This document shows positions 10,501 to 25,018 of a stretch of DNA of 64,000 nucleotides, in pieces. Each line of letters begins with the position of its first letter. Position 1 is the first letter of the stretch. The notes beneath the pieces are model-generated. The model was given only the letters and a program-made list of their open reading frames with translations, was not told the origin of the DNA and ran no database searches. This DNA comes from Setoptus koraiensis (taxonomy: Eukaryota > Animalia > Arthropoda): positions 18,042,001-18,106,000 of the forward strand of contig CM106585.1 of NCBI GenBank assembly GCA_048013815.1, in the 5' to 3' direction. Made by a program: the position numbers and the translations under genes.

Positions 10501-13239
10501 CCGCCGTGCTCGGCGGCGCAAATTATGCAAACTGCTGTCGGTCATCGACAGCTACGCAGTCAGTGTGCACACGGTGGCGCAGCGATCACTTTGACTTTTG
10601 ACCGTCTGGGCCGGTCCCGTGTGCGCCCAATTGCGCCGGTTCGGGCCGGTTTGTGCCAGTTTGTGGCGGTCGACGGCACCGAGCGCGTGATGATGACATC
10701 ACACATAGACAGAGCAGACGGCATCATAACGGTAGGTGCTGGCACAGTGGGCACTCTTATGCAATGTGCAAACATTACATAAGTGGGCGAGCAGCAACAA
10801 TGACAGCGCGCAGTCACAGTGGCCACTGTCACTAATGACACGTTCTGGGGCGCCGACAGGCGCCAATAGATGCAGCGAACGTGACTTTTTATTGGTTGAT
10901 CGGCGCATTGGTGGACCATTCAAATTGTCTTATTCCAGTCCGTCTGTCACTACGCGCCCGCTGATAAGTTATCGCGATAAGCCAGCCAGCCAGCAGCTTG
11001 CCATTATTATCTTGCGGGCGCCCGTCATGACAGGCCCTCCAAGTGAGATTATAATGGCGTCGTCAGGCAAACCGTAAATCTGTATAAATATATACAGTGC
11101 GCGATGTGTGTGTGTGTATATGCCGGCCAGATAACATCTATCAGACAATATAGAGAGAGATTATTACTTTTATGTTTCCATTGCACGCTTCACGCGAGCC
11201 ATGCGATCCGCTCTATCCAGGCATAGAGGGGCCCTCACTTTAATAATAGCCTGGCTTATCCCATTCGCTCATTTCGCGCTCATCATGCTTCTTTGCCTCT
11301 CAAATGACGGCCCCTCTCGCACGATGATTTACAGTTGGATAGTTGTACATCCTCACCCTCAACCAACAGTAAATAAATAGAAACAGAAAAGTGCAAAAGA
11401 CAATTGTTTTTTGCTGCTTGGCCGCTTATTTTGCTTGCACCCTCCACGTTCGCCTGTTTGCGCCTCTGGCCACAAAGCGGCGCCACCGCACCCGCACCAC
11501 AAAACCGGTAAGGCCATCGCCAGGCTCCCTTCATTACAAATGACGTCCATTCCAGCAGAATCGTCGTTCACTCAACACTTGACTGGCCCCTGATCGAGCC
11601 GAGCTGGCAAAATGGTCTGTCAAAATGACGCAACCTTGCTGCTTCAATAATCAAAATTCTCTGAAACATATAAAATTTTCCGAAATTCGTTCGTGCCGAA
11701 GCCTAGTTTGGCGCATTGGAGATGCGCCCGTTTTTTGCAAAACAATTCACACAAATTTCCAATCATCTATTTAGTGCGCTTGCTCAGCCTTGAATAGAGG
11801 CCAGGATGCGCATAATAATTTTGTTTTCTTTCCGTGAAAGCATGCACATCTCTCGAATATCGAACATTCTCTGGCAAAATAAATCATTTTGCCAGAAATC
11901 GTTTGCGTGTTGCCCAGAAACAACACAGACACACAGGTCATGCTCGCGAGCTTTCCCCTGTGAGCGGAGCGCCCGCCCGTTGGGGCCCCACTCACCATCT
12001 TACATTTGGTGCGGGGGCCCCGGCGGGCCGAATCACCTGAGCGAATGAATGGGTCTTCATCGTTGCGACGTGTCGCTGTCACTTGATCTTATCGCGCCAC
12101 CATTCGGACCCGTCCCGATGCTCGATGGGCTCGGCGTGGCAGAGCGGCCAGCTTATTGTGGCCCAATGGAGCTGACCGCTTGCCGCGGTGCGCGAGATTG
12201 GCAGTGCGTGCTGGCAACGAGAACAAGCAACAAAACAACCGGCCAGTGACGGCAACAAAGGGGCCCCGGCGTGGCCGGCGAGAATAATTATGGCCAGATA
12301 TAATTTATTCCATCAGTTTATGTGTGACTCGTCATCACTTTCGCCAGACTGACTCTTTCAATAACTGCTCATTCATCGCGTACACGAGCCTCGCGGGCCG
12401 GCTCGTGCACGGAGCGCAAAAGTGTTGCACGAGCCGCTCATTGTCTATATGATTATGTCATCATGCGCCAGCACCCCCTCGCACCCAAACAAACATGCAA
12501 CAAACACGACGAGGGGCGCTCAAGTAGAGCCTCTATTGCAGAGGGCGCACAAGCAGAGCCTCTGTTATAGAGGGCGCCCCACTTGCCTGCCCGCCAGCCA
12601 GCCAGCCAGCCAGCCGGCGAGTCGCCAAGACGGCAGGACTGTTGTGTGAGGGCGAGCTGGCCAAATTGCTGCGCTCGCTATGAATATATTGTGTGCCGGT
12701 GTGCGAGCGCAGTTTTGCAATTGCTTTCAAGTGAAGAAGCGCACTGTTGTATACAAATATATATAAATATAATGATAGCGGCACTATTAGTCAGCGAGCC
12801 CGCCGTCTGACCCTTCAACCGGTGGCGCTGTCGGCGGGCCAGCCGGGCCAAGGTACGAGCCGGCGCCAGCCAGTCAGCGGTGCCAATTTTGGGGATGTCG
12901 GCCTGTAGACACTCAAGTGAATGAGCGCTGCGCTAAAGATAATTTATTTCATTATAAGCGCTCGCGAGTAGTCGCGAACGGGCCTATGTGCCGGGCTGTG
13001 CGCGTTTGCGAGCTGGCGCGCGTTCTTATCCGCTTCGGCACGGCACACAATGGCCGCACACGGCCAACTGTAGACAGTAGACGCACTGGCGTGTGCTCCA
13101 CTCCGAGAGAGTTTAATAATGCCATTGTTGACTCGATAAGCGCGTTGCACCCAACGCGACAAACAAACACAAACTGACACAATGCAGTAGACACATCTAA
13201 TTGTTAAGTGCGTGTGTGTGTGATAACGGCGGCGCCGAC

Positions 13240-13350
13240 AACAACGCCAGCATCAGCAACAACAGCAACAACAACAACGACAACAACGACAACAACGACA
13301 ACAACAACAGCAACAACAGCGGCAACAACAGCGGCAGCAACAACAACTAC
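13240..13350. repeat. Imperfect (AAC)n trinucleotide tract
   Basis: Run of aac/agc/gac triplets. Confidence 0.9.
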
Positions 13351-15598
13351 GGGCAGCCCACAATGGATTCAACAAAAACAAAATATCGCTTATCAGCTAC
13401 TTATCACACAAGTTTGGGGCTGTTTTCTTTTTTGTTGCAAGTCGTCGCGAGTCGCGACTCGCCAGCCGAGCCGAGCCAGTCGTCTTGCCAAAACTTTTGT
13501 CGCGACTCACTCCAAGATGGAGCCCACCGGCTCTCCAGAGTGCCGCCAGTCGCCCTGGCGGCCATTGTTGTTATTGAGGCGACAGCGAGCCCGAAGTGGA
13601 GTGTCAGTCAGCGCTAGGAATTCGCCGTATTTGTCTTGTCAATGGATGATTTTGGTGCCGGCGCGCGCGCGCCCCACAATTGACAATGCTCGTCATCTGT
13701 CGTTTATCTGCTGGCTCTGCCGCTGTCTGCTGCCCTGTCTATTATTACGTCGCCTCTCTCGTCGCATCATCATTATTTCGTTTCAATTGACATGCCAGAA
13801 TAAACACATTGACCTCGAACAAATCATTTTATTCATGGGCCGCTCCAACCGGGGGCCCCTCAACTGAGCCGAGCGGGGCCTCGGCTCAGCTCTCAATCAA
13901 TCACTCTGGCCGGCGCAGTCTGGCGACATTTGATAGGCGCGTCGTTAGCATCGTCACCTGCCACTCACCCCATTCTCACCCAATATTCTTGCCCAAAGAA
14001 ATTACCCAGTTACCCACCCACTTTTGTGCCCGGTCACCAGGTAAGGATGCTATGCGCGGGTATTTTGTTGTTGTCGCCGGGCCCACACATGACCCGATGC
14101 GAGTCGCACACACCCCCTGTTGGCGAAACAGGTGCGTCAGGGTTGATAAAATATCCCCGATAATTCGGTCGGCCCGATACACGGACTCGGGCCGGCCGAA
14201 AGCGGGGTATTGTCAGGGATATCTTATATTTGAGTGGCCACTCGCTTGCCGCGAACGTCACCACGTGACGCAACCAGCGCACAATCGAGTAGCTCTGGCC
14301 GCCAGAGTCTACGATACCACAGTAGCGACGAGCGTTTCGGGGCTTTTCGTCGGCCTGCAAGGTCGTTGTTTTTTTTTCGGGCGCTTGGGGGGCGAGACTG
14401 TTTCGCTGGGAAAAAGTTTAACTTGTGCTTCCGCTAATCACTATCATAAACATGCATTATGAACGGAACTGGGGGGCTCCATTTGGACCTCTCGAGCGAT
14501 ATTGACATGGCGCGAAATGACGCATGAAATAGGCACGCCGGCTGGCACTGATTTGCATAAATGGGCGCAAAATTACATTATGCCACTATAAGGCCGTATT
14601 AGTCGTGCGGCGACAGTGGCGGGCAAACGAGGTCTGCGAATTAATGTCAGTTGTCGTTATTTTGGATAGCACAAATAGGAGCAGTCATAAAAAATGGGCC
14701 TAGCGACGCGAGCGCCGCACCGAACGTGATTTTCAACTCGCCAGCCAATCGAACGTATTGCATAAGAGTCGATATTACATAAGGTTGGCGTCAACTAACC
14801 TTACGTAATAGTGTGCGTGTATTTGGTAGTTTGAAGCGAGACAAAATTGTATTATAAAATCATTTCGCCGGAGCACAAGCGAATAATTTCAGCCGTTGTG
14901 ACAATTCGTATTTTTGTGAGGACGAGCTCACAAGGCACAAATCGGCGACAAGGCCACCGAGCAGCTTGAGTGATGCTCGACGGAACGCGCAACAAATAGA
15001 CAAAAAGCACGAAGGGGGGGGGGCGACGTCGACGACACGACGAAGCGAAACAAATCGAAAGCCAGCGAAACGAAACAAATCGAAGCGAGCCGAGCCGAAA
15101 CGAGACAACGGAACGAGACAACGGAACGAGACAACGGAACGAGACAGCAAAACGAGACAGCGAAACGAGACAGCGAAACGAAAACCAAGCAAAACGACGA
15201 AAAATAAACAATCGGCCGGCGGGCAGCTCACGCTCAGGTTAGCATTGTTGCGGGCATTGTTGATTGTCGCGGTCGCCTAATGATCTGATTGGATTTTCGT
15301 CGAGCTGGCACGCCGGCCTGACGAGCTTTATTCGGCTTGTTTTATTTTGTTATGAGCAACAACATGACAACTGCACGATGCTCGCTCGCCGCAAACAGCG
15401 ACAACCGACAAACAAGCGACCGAATTCAGTCACTGAATAGTGCTGGTGCTGGCAACAACAGCGACAACGACGCAACAACAACAACAACAACAGCGAAACA
15501 ACGACAATGCCAACCGGCGACAATGCGTCACAGTGCCACTGACAACTTTTCATTGGCGATTCGCGGCCGCCCCACAAACACGACATGACATGATGACA

Positions 15599-15939
15599 TT
15601 ACGTAACATAATAACGTGTGTTTTGCACATTGACACAACCAGCGGTTGGCTGTCAGATAAGACAGGCAGGCCCGATCGCACAATATCAAGTGTCAAGTCA
15701 TTTTTGGCGGCCGGTCGGCAAAACCGGCTGGCAATTATCACGAGCCGTCATTGTATGGTTACGTAACGTGACAGACAACATCATACGAGTGATGTAAAAA
15801 AAAAGAACAGCAAAAAACACGCCAGATTGTGACAATTTTCTGCGTGTGGCGCCACCACGAACACGTCCCACTGTAAACACGTCGCGGTGCCATTATCCGA
15901 GGCCGCACACATTGTGACGCATTGTTATGCGTTACGTAA
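15599..15939. promoter_or_regulatory. Candidate enhancer with three TTACGTAA sites
   Basis: TTACGTAA at 15599, 15759 and 15932; PAR-bZIP consensus RTTAYGTAAY. Confidence 0.4.
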
Positions 15940-18900
15940 CACTACTTGTGAGCTCGCCAGACGGGCGGCTGTTAGTGGGCTGGCGCTGAAACAGGGCGAG
16001 ATAAAGTTGGCTGCTTTTGTTCATTTGTCAAACAACAAATAATGAGCAGCGAACAATATTTAGTTTGCGGCGCAACGTATATATTTGTTGATGCGACTGG
16101 ATATTTACTGGTGACGCCGTGACAATGATGCCCGACTCGCCAAAGTTGTTGTGCGCCTATTGTCGCGGCTCCCTGACACACGGCAAACATTGTGCCCGGT
16201 ATATTTAGCTTGCTGCGGCCCGACGAAACCGGATAAACAGCAGCGAGACACTTTTGACAGTTTTAACAAGTTGTTTGGCGGGCGCGCTGCCCGCGCAAAG
16301 CGCGCCCGGCTTCCCGTGGCCCGGCTTCGCGCGGGCCGGCCCACTGGCTGATGACCACAGGTCCACTGGCTGACCACAGGCGCAATCAATTGATTCGTGC
16401 GCCCACATATCGAGCTGGCCCAGCGATTTCGGCTGGCTGACCGGCTCGGCGGCTCGGCCGGCCAGCCGAGCTGGCCAGCTTGGGGGCCGGATAGGGGGCG
16501 AGTTTGGGGCCCGATAGCAGGCGAGTTTGGGGCCGGATAGCGGGCACAGATAGCGACATGCATGTACATTGTGGGCAATGAACAGCCTTTGTTGCTCGGC
16601 GCGGCGCCACGTCTCAATGCGGCGCCCTCGATATGCACTGGCTGTCACTAGCCGCTGCTCCATTATGGCACGGGCCCACAATCGCCCACATATGCCCGGC
16701 AGGCGACTGGCCGCGATATGCGGCGATATGCGGCGATATACGGCGACACACAGCGATATACGGCGATCTACGGCGATATGTGGCGCGATATTGGTTGCGA
16801 GCAGCGCGCCTAGCGGCCAGGTAAATAGGCGGGCAGGCGCGTTGCACTATGGCACGTTATATTATTATTACTATTATTACTATTGTGGGGCCAACAGTGA
16901 GCAAGCACAGCGCGCCAACGACAACAATCGAGTGAATCGTCGTCGAAACTTAATAGATAATCACAGCCATACAAACTGTCACACGGGGCCCACAAACGCG
17001 CGCCCGGCGCACAGGTAACTACCGCCAGTGGCTGTTTTAGGAGATAAGCAGCACGTAGTTGCCAGTTGCAATATATTGCCAGTTGCATAGGCCTGTCCGC
17101 TGGCCCGTTTATAACTAATAGATTGGGGGCGCGATGAGATGGAAATAACGGCGACCGCTGCCAGCGACCACTGAGAGATAGTGGCCGACAGTGGTGACCT
17201 TTGTGGCCTCAGTTGGCAATGCCAATAACACACACAAGCAAATTGGGCCCTGGCATTGATTAATCGCTTACGGGGGGGGGGTGGGCTGGCCGGCCGGCCG
17301 GGTTGTATGGCCAGTGGGCGCAGTTGGCGGCTCGGCCCAGTGCCGGCCCAACCGGCCATATAACTTATATGATACAAGGCGACTTATATGAGGGGCCGCG
17401 CGCCAAGTTGCGCCCGGTTCAGCGACGCAACGAGCCACAAATTTCCTCAATATATTGGTGCGCGAGTCGCAGCCCACGAGTCGCGGCCAATATCGGGCCA
17501 GCTACCTGGTCGCTAGGTGGCCACTGGCCGCCCTCTGGCCGGTGCGGCCAGCAAGGTGAGTGCCATTACTTTGCTCAGCAAAGTTTGCTGGCTGCGGTGT
17601 CGCCAGAATCGTTGGCGAGACAGCGACAGAGCCAGCCAGAGGGAGCCAGAGAGAGAGGGCGATGGCGCCCTAGGTGCGCTGGCTGGCACGGGCCTCTTAA
17701 TGGCCCGTCGGTGGCTCTCGATGCCCGTTTGTGCTTCACTTTTGGGCTGCTGGCAGCCAATTGGGCCCAATGCGCCCCATTCCGCCACTCACCTGGCGCG
17801 CTACCTGAGTTTTATTTGCGACGCGGCGCTGCTCGTGTTTGCCGAGTGCGTGTGTGTGTGTGTGTGTTTACTGGCATGTGTTTGGGACGCGAGCTATCTC
17901 TTATATTAGCTATCTATCCAAATCTATCTAGGCGAGCGAGCGACGCCGGCTCGCCTAGACGCACAGCCAACAGAGAGCCCCAAAGCGGGCCCCATTTCGC
18001 GCTGGGGCCCGCGCTCTCGAGATTGGATTAGATGGGGCGCGACGAGGAGGCGAGCCAAGTGGAGATAAGCGAACAAGACAACAACGGTGGCGCCTCTAAC
18101 TAGTAGTTTATGCACAGTGTGTGTGGCAACGACACAATGACACTTGCACCTGTACACAACCTGCAAGCCGTTATATAATATAACCGTTATAAAATACAGA
18201 TACAAATAATATAAAAAACGCACTGCCTACTGCCCAAAATAACTATAGGCTGCCGCCTATTGCGTCACCCGTTTGGCCGGCCGCCTATTGCGTCATTCGT
18301 CTAGCGGGCCGCCGACAAGCCGGCTCGTGTTTGCAATTGGCATTGGCTGGCTGGCTGCCCAGTGCCGAACGTCTGCTCACCTCAAACGATCGGGCCGATG
18401 CCATTAGCGATCGGTAGTGAACGCCCACCGACGGCCACCGGTGGCCGACTACTACCCGGCGCGCCGCCCGACAGGCCGGCCGGAAGTGAGCGTGGCCGGC
18501 TCGCGCCGCCACAAATCGACTGCTTGGGCACGGCATGGGCACGGCTTGGGCACGACCAGAGCTAACTGCCGTCGGGCCTGCTGGCACAATTCCGCTGTCG
18601 CCCGTCCCGTCGCTGTCGCCCGTCCCGTCGCTGTCAACGACGACGAAAACGGCACAGTGGGCGCGCCTTCGACGGGAGCGGCTCTGCGGTGCGGCCGCCA
18701 GTGACGGTGGCGCCGACGCTTCGGTAACAGTTCGTTGGTGCAAACTTGGCCAGCTCGACACAATGTCGGCCCGCAACTATGGATCGTGCCCGCCATTGAC
18801 TGCACGCTGACGGCTGCATAGTATCGAGAGCCGGGGCTCTCGATAAATATCAATATAAATGGGCGAATAGGCGAAAAAATAGTCGACTAGGCTGATAAAA

Positions 18901-19480
18901 TCTCAATCAATTTTGCATTCCGCTGGCTGTCTGACAAGCGGGCCGAGACGCAAGCGAGTGGCTGCACGCTGCCGGACGGCGCCATTCGACGGGGCCCATC
19001 ATGCGATCATGGGATAAATGCGTGATAAAGTAAACGACGGCAACGCGCAACGGCGACAAAACGTCACCAAATCAACACGGCAGCCATACAGCAGATATGG
19101 CAGACGCAGCAGATATAGACCAGATATAGACAAGATAAAAAGTGGTCAATAGTTTAATGGTGGCCGTTGTTTGTGGGGCCCATTGGCCCAGTTGCATATC
19201 GTTAACTGCAACCCGTCGGCTGTGCGCGCCCACACAGACGCAACACAAATATGGGGGCCCACAAATATTAGCGCTATTAATAGCAAACAGTCTAGCCACC
19301 GCCCACCATTGGCTAATGGGGCCCCGCTTGCCGGGCCGCTTAATTGATTCAGTTGCGAGCGCGCCGACAACAAATACTTACAACTGGCTTGTGCGCGAGC
19401 TATAAATACCAGATAGACACAAAGTTCACCTGGTTCGCCGTTGACGGCGCTGCTGTCGATTGTCGTCGCAAGAGTGGCCC

Positions 19481-19540
19481 AATTTCGTCCAATTTCGTCC
19501 AATTTCGCCCAATTTCGTCCAATTTCGTCCAATTTTGTCC
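19481..19540. repeat. 10-bp tandem repeat (AATTTCGTCC)x6
   Basis: Six copies with two substitutions, just left of the gap. Confidence 0.95.
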
Positions 19541-19609
19541 AATGAAGCCCAATTTTTTTCCGGTCGTTCTAGAATCGGCCGCCAGATGGCGCCACCCGGC
19601 TCACATCCA

Positions 19610-20109
19610 NNNNNNNNNNNNNNNNNNNNNNNNNNNNNNNNNNNNNNNNNNNNNNNNNNNNNNNNNNNNNNNNNNNNNNNNNNNNNNNNNNNNNNNNNNN
19701 NNNNNNNNNNNNNNNNNNNNNNNNNNNNNNNNNNNNNNNNNNNNNNNNNNNNNNNNNNNNNNNNNNNNNNNNNNNNNNNNNNNNNNNNNNNNNNNNNNNN
19801 NNNNNNNNNNNNNNNNNNNNNNNNNNNNNNNNNNNNNNNNNNNNNNNNNNNNNNNNNNNNNNNNNNNNNNNNNNNNNNNNNNNNNNNNNNNNNNNNNNNN
19901 NNNNNNNNNNNNNNNNNNNNNNNNNNNNNNNNNNNNNNNNNNNNNNNNNNNNNNNNNNNNNNNNNNNNNNNNNNNNNNNNNNNNNNNNNNNNNNNNNNNN
20001 NNNNNNNNNNNNNNNNNNNNNNNNNNNNNNNNNNNNNNNNNNNNNNNNNNNNNNNNNNNNNNNNNNNNNNNNNNNNNNNNNNNNNNNNNNNNNNNNNNNN
20101 NNNNNNNNN
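19610..20109. other. Assembly gap, exactly 500 N
   Basis: Run of n from 19610 to 20109. Confidence 0.99.
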
Positions 20110-21599
20110 CCGCGGCACGCAACGCGGACACACTGTTATTACGCAACAACAAATGCGGATAAATGTATAAATATGGATCCCAACAGACTGATTGTGTCTG
20201 ATTATCACACACACACACTCGAGCTTGCAGTCAACCAAAAGCTAAAACCACCGGCGGTATAATCTGGCGCGAATCGCCGCAGAGTGTCCGATGATTGGTC
20301 GTGCTTCGCCTGTGCCCTCTCTGGCGAGACGCCCGCACCGACAAGCCGCCAAGACGGCACCGGCAAGCCGCCAAGACGGCACCGACAAGCCGCCAAGACA
20401 GCACCGGCAACCCGTCGAGACAGCACCGGCAACCCGTCGAGACAGCAACGACAGGCGAGTCGCGCGAGAGGAAAGAGTCGAGACAGAGAGAGACAGGTGA
20501 AGGGGTCGCTGACGTCGTGCAACGAACGCCGCTCGACTCGAGCGGCTCGGGGCCTCCTCTGACAATCGCGCTTGTGAGTCGCCCGGCCTCATGTCACCGT
20601 GATGTCGAGACTGTGACACTGCTGACACGGAGCCTCATTAGCACCCGTCCGAGCTGCACGCCACGAGATTCCGCGGTGAGATGGCGAGCGGCATGACGTT
20701 TCTCGGGAATGTTCGGCTCGGGGCCCCGGCCTGATGGAATGAAATATTGAAAGAAACTTCATTAGAGGGGTCTCGAGATGTTTCGCGGCTCTGTCCGCTT
20801 GTTAAGCGCAAATTGTGGCGTTCAAGTTGCCCGAATTGCGTTGAATTTTGCCAGTTTGCGCCACTTGGCCGGCTGTCTCGTCTAGTGCAATGTGGCTATG
20901 ATTAATGTGGCAACAATTAATGACACGACAACGGCCGTTAATATTATGGCGAGCCAGCCGGACATAATGAGTGGCGCTCATGTGTCTTGAGTGTGGGGCC
21001 GGCTTGAGAATGAGTGATTCACTTGTTAGTAACATGAGCATGTTGCAAAAGGCAAATGGAGTGCAGTTGAAAATGAGACACAACAACAAACAATTGCAAG
21101 ACAATGCCCGGCCGAGCCAACAAACAAATATACAAACAAGCTACTTGTGTTACCGCTTGTTTATATTATATATTTGCGGGCCCAGTTGGCTCGCCACCGA
21201 CACTTGTGCCGGCATGCAAACTGCCATGCATATCCGATACCGATTATATCGGCACATCGGCGCGTATCGACGCGCCGGAACGCGCCGGAACGCAGCGCAA
21301 CACAGCGGAAAATATCAGAATATCGGGATTTCGGAATATCGGAATATCGGGATATGTATGTGTATGTGTATTTTTTCTCGCCTGCCCCCTGACGCACCGA
21401 CCGACAGTCTATCCGATAGAGTCTGTTGGCAACAGTCGCGGGCTGTAACAGTATCCATATCGCACCGGCGACATCGAGGCGGGCCGTTTTCGAATTTGTC
21501 GCCGACGAAACTGGCAGCGAACTGGCGCCAATCTGGCGCCAAACCCGCGCCAAGCTCGCGCCAATCATGCAGGTTTTGCGTACAGCAGATCGGCCAGCA

Positions 21600-21748
21600 A
21601 CCGAGCAACAACCGAGCGGCAACCGAGCAACAACCGAGCGGCGACCGAGCGACAACCGAGCGGCGACCGAGCGACAACCGAGCGGCGACCGAGCGACAAC
21701 CGAGCGGCGACCGAGCGACAACCGAGCGGCGACCGGGCGACAACCGGG
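21600..21748. repeat. 11-bp minisatellite with alternating units (22-bp higher-order period)
   Basis: accgagcgaca alternates with accgagcggcg; variant units occur at both ends. Confidence 0.9.
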
Positions 21749-22653
21749 CCGGTGAGCGCCGCCCGTCGGCCGCTTGTTGGCGCTGCGCGCATTGTGCGCG
21801 TGTATATAAATAATAATAACGGTCTTGACAAACACTCGAGCACTGCCGTGCTCGAGCCGCGAGCCGCTCCAGCCCCGAGCGGCCGTTGTTGGCGACTGGG
21901 CAGGCCGGCAACAACCGCGCAACCGGCGACTCGAAATAGATGGTCAAGACACACAGAATGATTTCGGCGTGATTTAGGTTCATCTCTGATGCTCATCGAA
22001 GCATTAAATGCGCCCCCTTTCGACCAGATACGCCAAGAAGCGAAGCAACAACAATTCGGCAGAGTAGCAAACGTTTAATGATGCTCGCGCCACTCTCAAC
22101 AACTTGCTGGCTTTTGTGCGAAGCGCCACTTGTTTGCATGATGGCGCGACCTACTCGAGCCCACTATATATATTAAACATTATATAACATATAATATATT
22201 ATATATAATTGTGTATTTGTTGTACACGATACCGTACAACGGACGAACGTACATGACGAACGACTAACGATGGCGCGCACAATATTTGCACTATAAAACG
22301 ACGATGATTTTCGTGAGCCACACAAACGCGATTATATAATAATTGCGACTGGCCAACTGTGATTTAGTGATTCGCACTCATCAAGTCGCCAGCGTTGTCA
22401 GTTGGGCCGCTCCGTTGTTTGTGTTCACAATTAACAAACACACACACACACACACAACTGAGACACAACGCATCGCAACGGAAGAGAAAAAGCAGAGGGG
22501 CCCCATTTTGCATTGTCCTATTGATTTCGACACTCAAACAAGTACCATATATGTGTTGTCGGGGCCCCACGGCCGCGGCGATTGTTTGCCGAGAGCGCCC
22601 AAAGTGGCGCTTGTGTCCGCTGTTTTTGAGCCGAGTGTTTGCCGCGAGTGCTC

Positions 22654-22792
22654 GCACTGGCCGCCAGACGCAACTCGGCACTGACCGCTAGACGCAACTC
22701 GGCACTGGCCGCCAGACGCAACTCGGCACTGACCGCTAGACGCAACTCGGCACTGGCCGCCAGACGCAACTCGGCACTGACCGCTAGACGCA
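22654..22792. repeat. 24-bp minisatellite in ABABAB order (48-bp period)
   Basis: A = gcactggccgccagacgcaactcg, B = gcactgaccgctagacgcaactcg; strict alternation, last unit partial. Confidence 0.95.
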
Positions 22793-24784
22793 GTGACTGG
22801 TCAAGTCAGTGGTGCAATAAGTGCGCGGTTAGCACACAGTTGACCATTTGCACCGTGCCCGGCAGCGCCAACTACCGACCAGCGCCATGAGACACAATAC
22901 AATGTTGCTCATCTTGCCAATGTGTGTAAGTTCATTATGGGGCACTAATTTTGTTGCGCAACTTGCGCCAGTTTCATTACAAATAGACACACAAACAATG
23001 ATAATAAATCAATAGCAGACAGCCAGCCGGCCGACAATCCAAGAATGAACGACCGCAACAAATAACCAGCCGGCCTAAATTGACTCAAAACAAGCCGCAG
23101 CGCCCCCTGGAACGGGCGCAAATTCCGGCCCCAAAGTAGCTCACGTTGTGTGTGCCGGCTCACAAGGGCACCAAGAGAGCCCTTTTGAGCCGGCTGCTGA
23201 TGATTTTTTATTTGTTCAACAGACGGTTTGCCGGCTGTCGGGCCGGCCGCCACGAGCACACTTAAACTAATGCCGGCCACTTGATCTAAATCTTGATCCA
23301 GTGCACTTGTTCTGGCTGGCCGGCCGGCACTCTATTTTCGCCAAGAGCCCCCCCCTCGTCTCGTCTCTCTTATCCATTTAAGTTGCCATGGCAGCCAACG
23401 ACTGCATGTTTGTACTGCAGTCGCAAGTATCAAGCGACTCAATTAATTGTTGCTTCGTCCGCCGCCGTCTAATTGGGCGCCACTGTTGCCAGTCTACACG
23501 GTGTAGAGGTAACACGTTGCCAAGCTGACGTTGCGCTAAGCTCGCTAGGCTGCGCAGCCGGCCAGCCGGCCGGCTGGCCGGCTATTTTTAACTGTCGGGG
23601 GCCCCCGTTTGGTGCCGCTGCTGCCGCCAATAAGCCGCCCAGGCGGCCAGACAGACAGGCAGGCAGGCGCCGTCCACTGTCAATTAAAGTAGCTAGACAA
23701 TTTAATACAGCACGATTGAGCGAGTCGCCGGCGAGCAGCAACCACTTGCGCTACAATATAATATCCTCTTTCTGTGACTCCGCGGCGGCGGCCCCAATCT
23801 TGGCAGCAGCCAATCTTGGCAAGGCTTGGCAAGACTTGGCAAGACTTGGCAAGACGCTGAGTTGGTTGATTGCCGCTAGAGTGTATTGTTGTGTATAGTA
23901 AGTCGCTCGGATGGGCTCAGCTCGGCTCGCTTGACATTGAGTGAGTCGCTTGAGGTGGATGGCAATTTGCCCAGCGCGACAAACTAAATTGGTTGTTTGT
24001 GTGTCCGCGCCACAATCAATGCCGCCGCTACCTACGTTCGGCGGGGCCCTCGAGAGACACAGAGCCGCCCAGGTTAATTGTTTGGCTCCTCGGCCTTTGT
24101 GCTGGCTGGCTGGCTGGTTGGCTGGTTGGCTGGTTGGCTGGTTGGCGGGCGGCGGGCGGGCCCCAGCGCGCCAGCCAAGCGGGCGAGCCCGCAACTAGCA
24201 TTTAACAGATATATCTGGCAGCCGTCGAAAAAGCCAAGAGTTGAGCCGAACGGGCGCCAAGACGGCCAAGACGACGCAACGAGCCAGCGACAACTCATTG
24301 GCCCGTCCGGACGGGCCGATCAAATCGACACACACACACATAGAGTGTTTCTGCTCGTTGGGGCGCCTCCCTTCCCCCAACTTATTCCGTTATTATTGTG
24401 TGTGTGCCTGGCGCTGGCACCAACGTTGCAACAAACAACCGGTTACATCATCATCAATCATTTTCGCCCTCGGGCCCCTCATCCCGTTGCAGTGCGACCA
24501 CTCGCTGGCACTATCTCAAATGGCATAAATGTGTGGCGCTAAGCCGCATTGATCAAGATTGAATTTGCTGCCAGAACCGGCCAGACACCTACACGGACGG
24601 ACAGTTACGTGATCAATATTGCGCACGCTGCAATATATATGCAGTATACACAATATAAAACATGCATTATTATTGACGAAAACAAAATCGCCCAGCTTCC
24701 GAGCTCAAGTTCGTTCAGTATTGGTAAGCTTTATCCGCGACTGACTTTGCGCTTTGACCGGCACACTCGGCTTGCACGCCGACT

Positions 24785-24812
24785 GTGCCGATCGGGGGCC
24801 CCCGATCGGCAC
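24785..24812. other. Perfect 28-bp palindrome
   Basis: gtgccgatcggggg|cccccgatcggcac: 14-bp arms with no spacer. Confidence 0.95.
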
Positions 24813-24975
24813 CCTATTGTGATATAACCTGTATCGTGCTGGCCCAACGAGAGTGAACCACGAGGTGCCTTCACGAATTCCGTCAATTGTCACGTTTCGA
24901 CTGGCCGGCATTCAGGGCCACTGCTGATCAGGATTCCTGATTCAGGAACACAGTCGATTCGTCGCAGGCATTCAC

Positions 24976-25018
24976 TTTATTTATTGTCACTATTTCAGAA
25001 ATAGTGACGATAAATAAG
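24976..25018. other. Near-perfect inverted repeat (21-bp arms, 1-nt loop)
   Basis: tttatttattgtcactatttc-a-gaaatagtgacgataaataag; two G-T pairs, one of them terminal. Confidence 0.85.

Noticed and set aside
19344-20238. Long ORFs of 205-272 aa
   Set aside because: They span the 500-N gap and are artefacts.
21600-22792. Regular repeats suggestive of CRISPR arrays
   Set aside because: No unique spacers, no cas genes, eukaryotic context.
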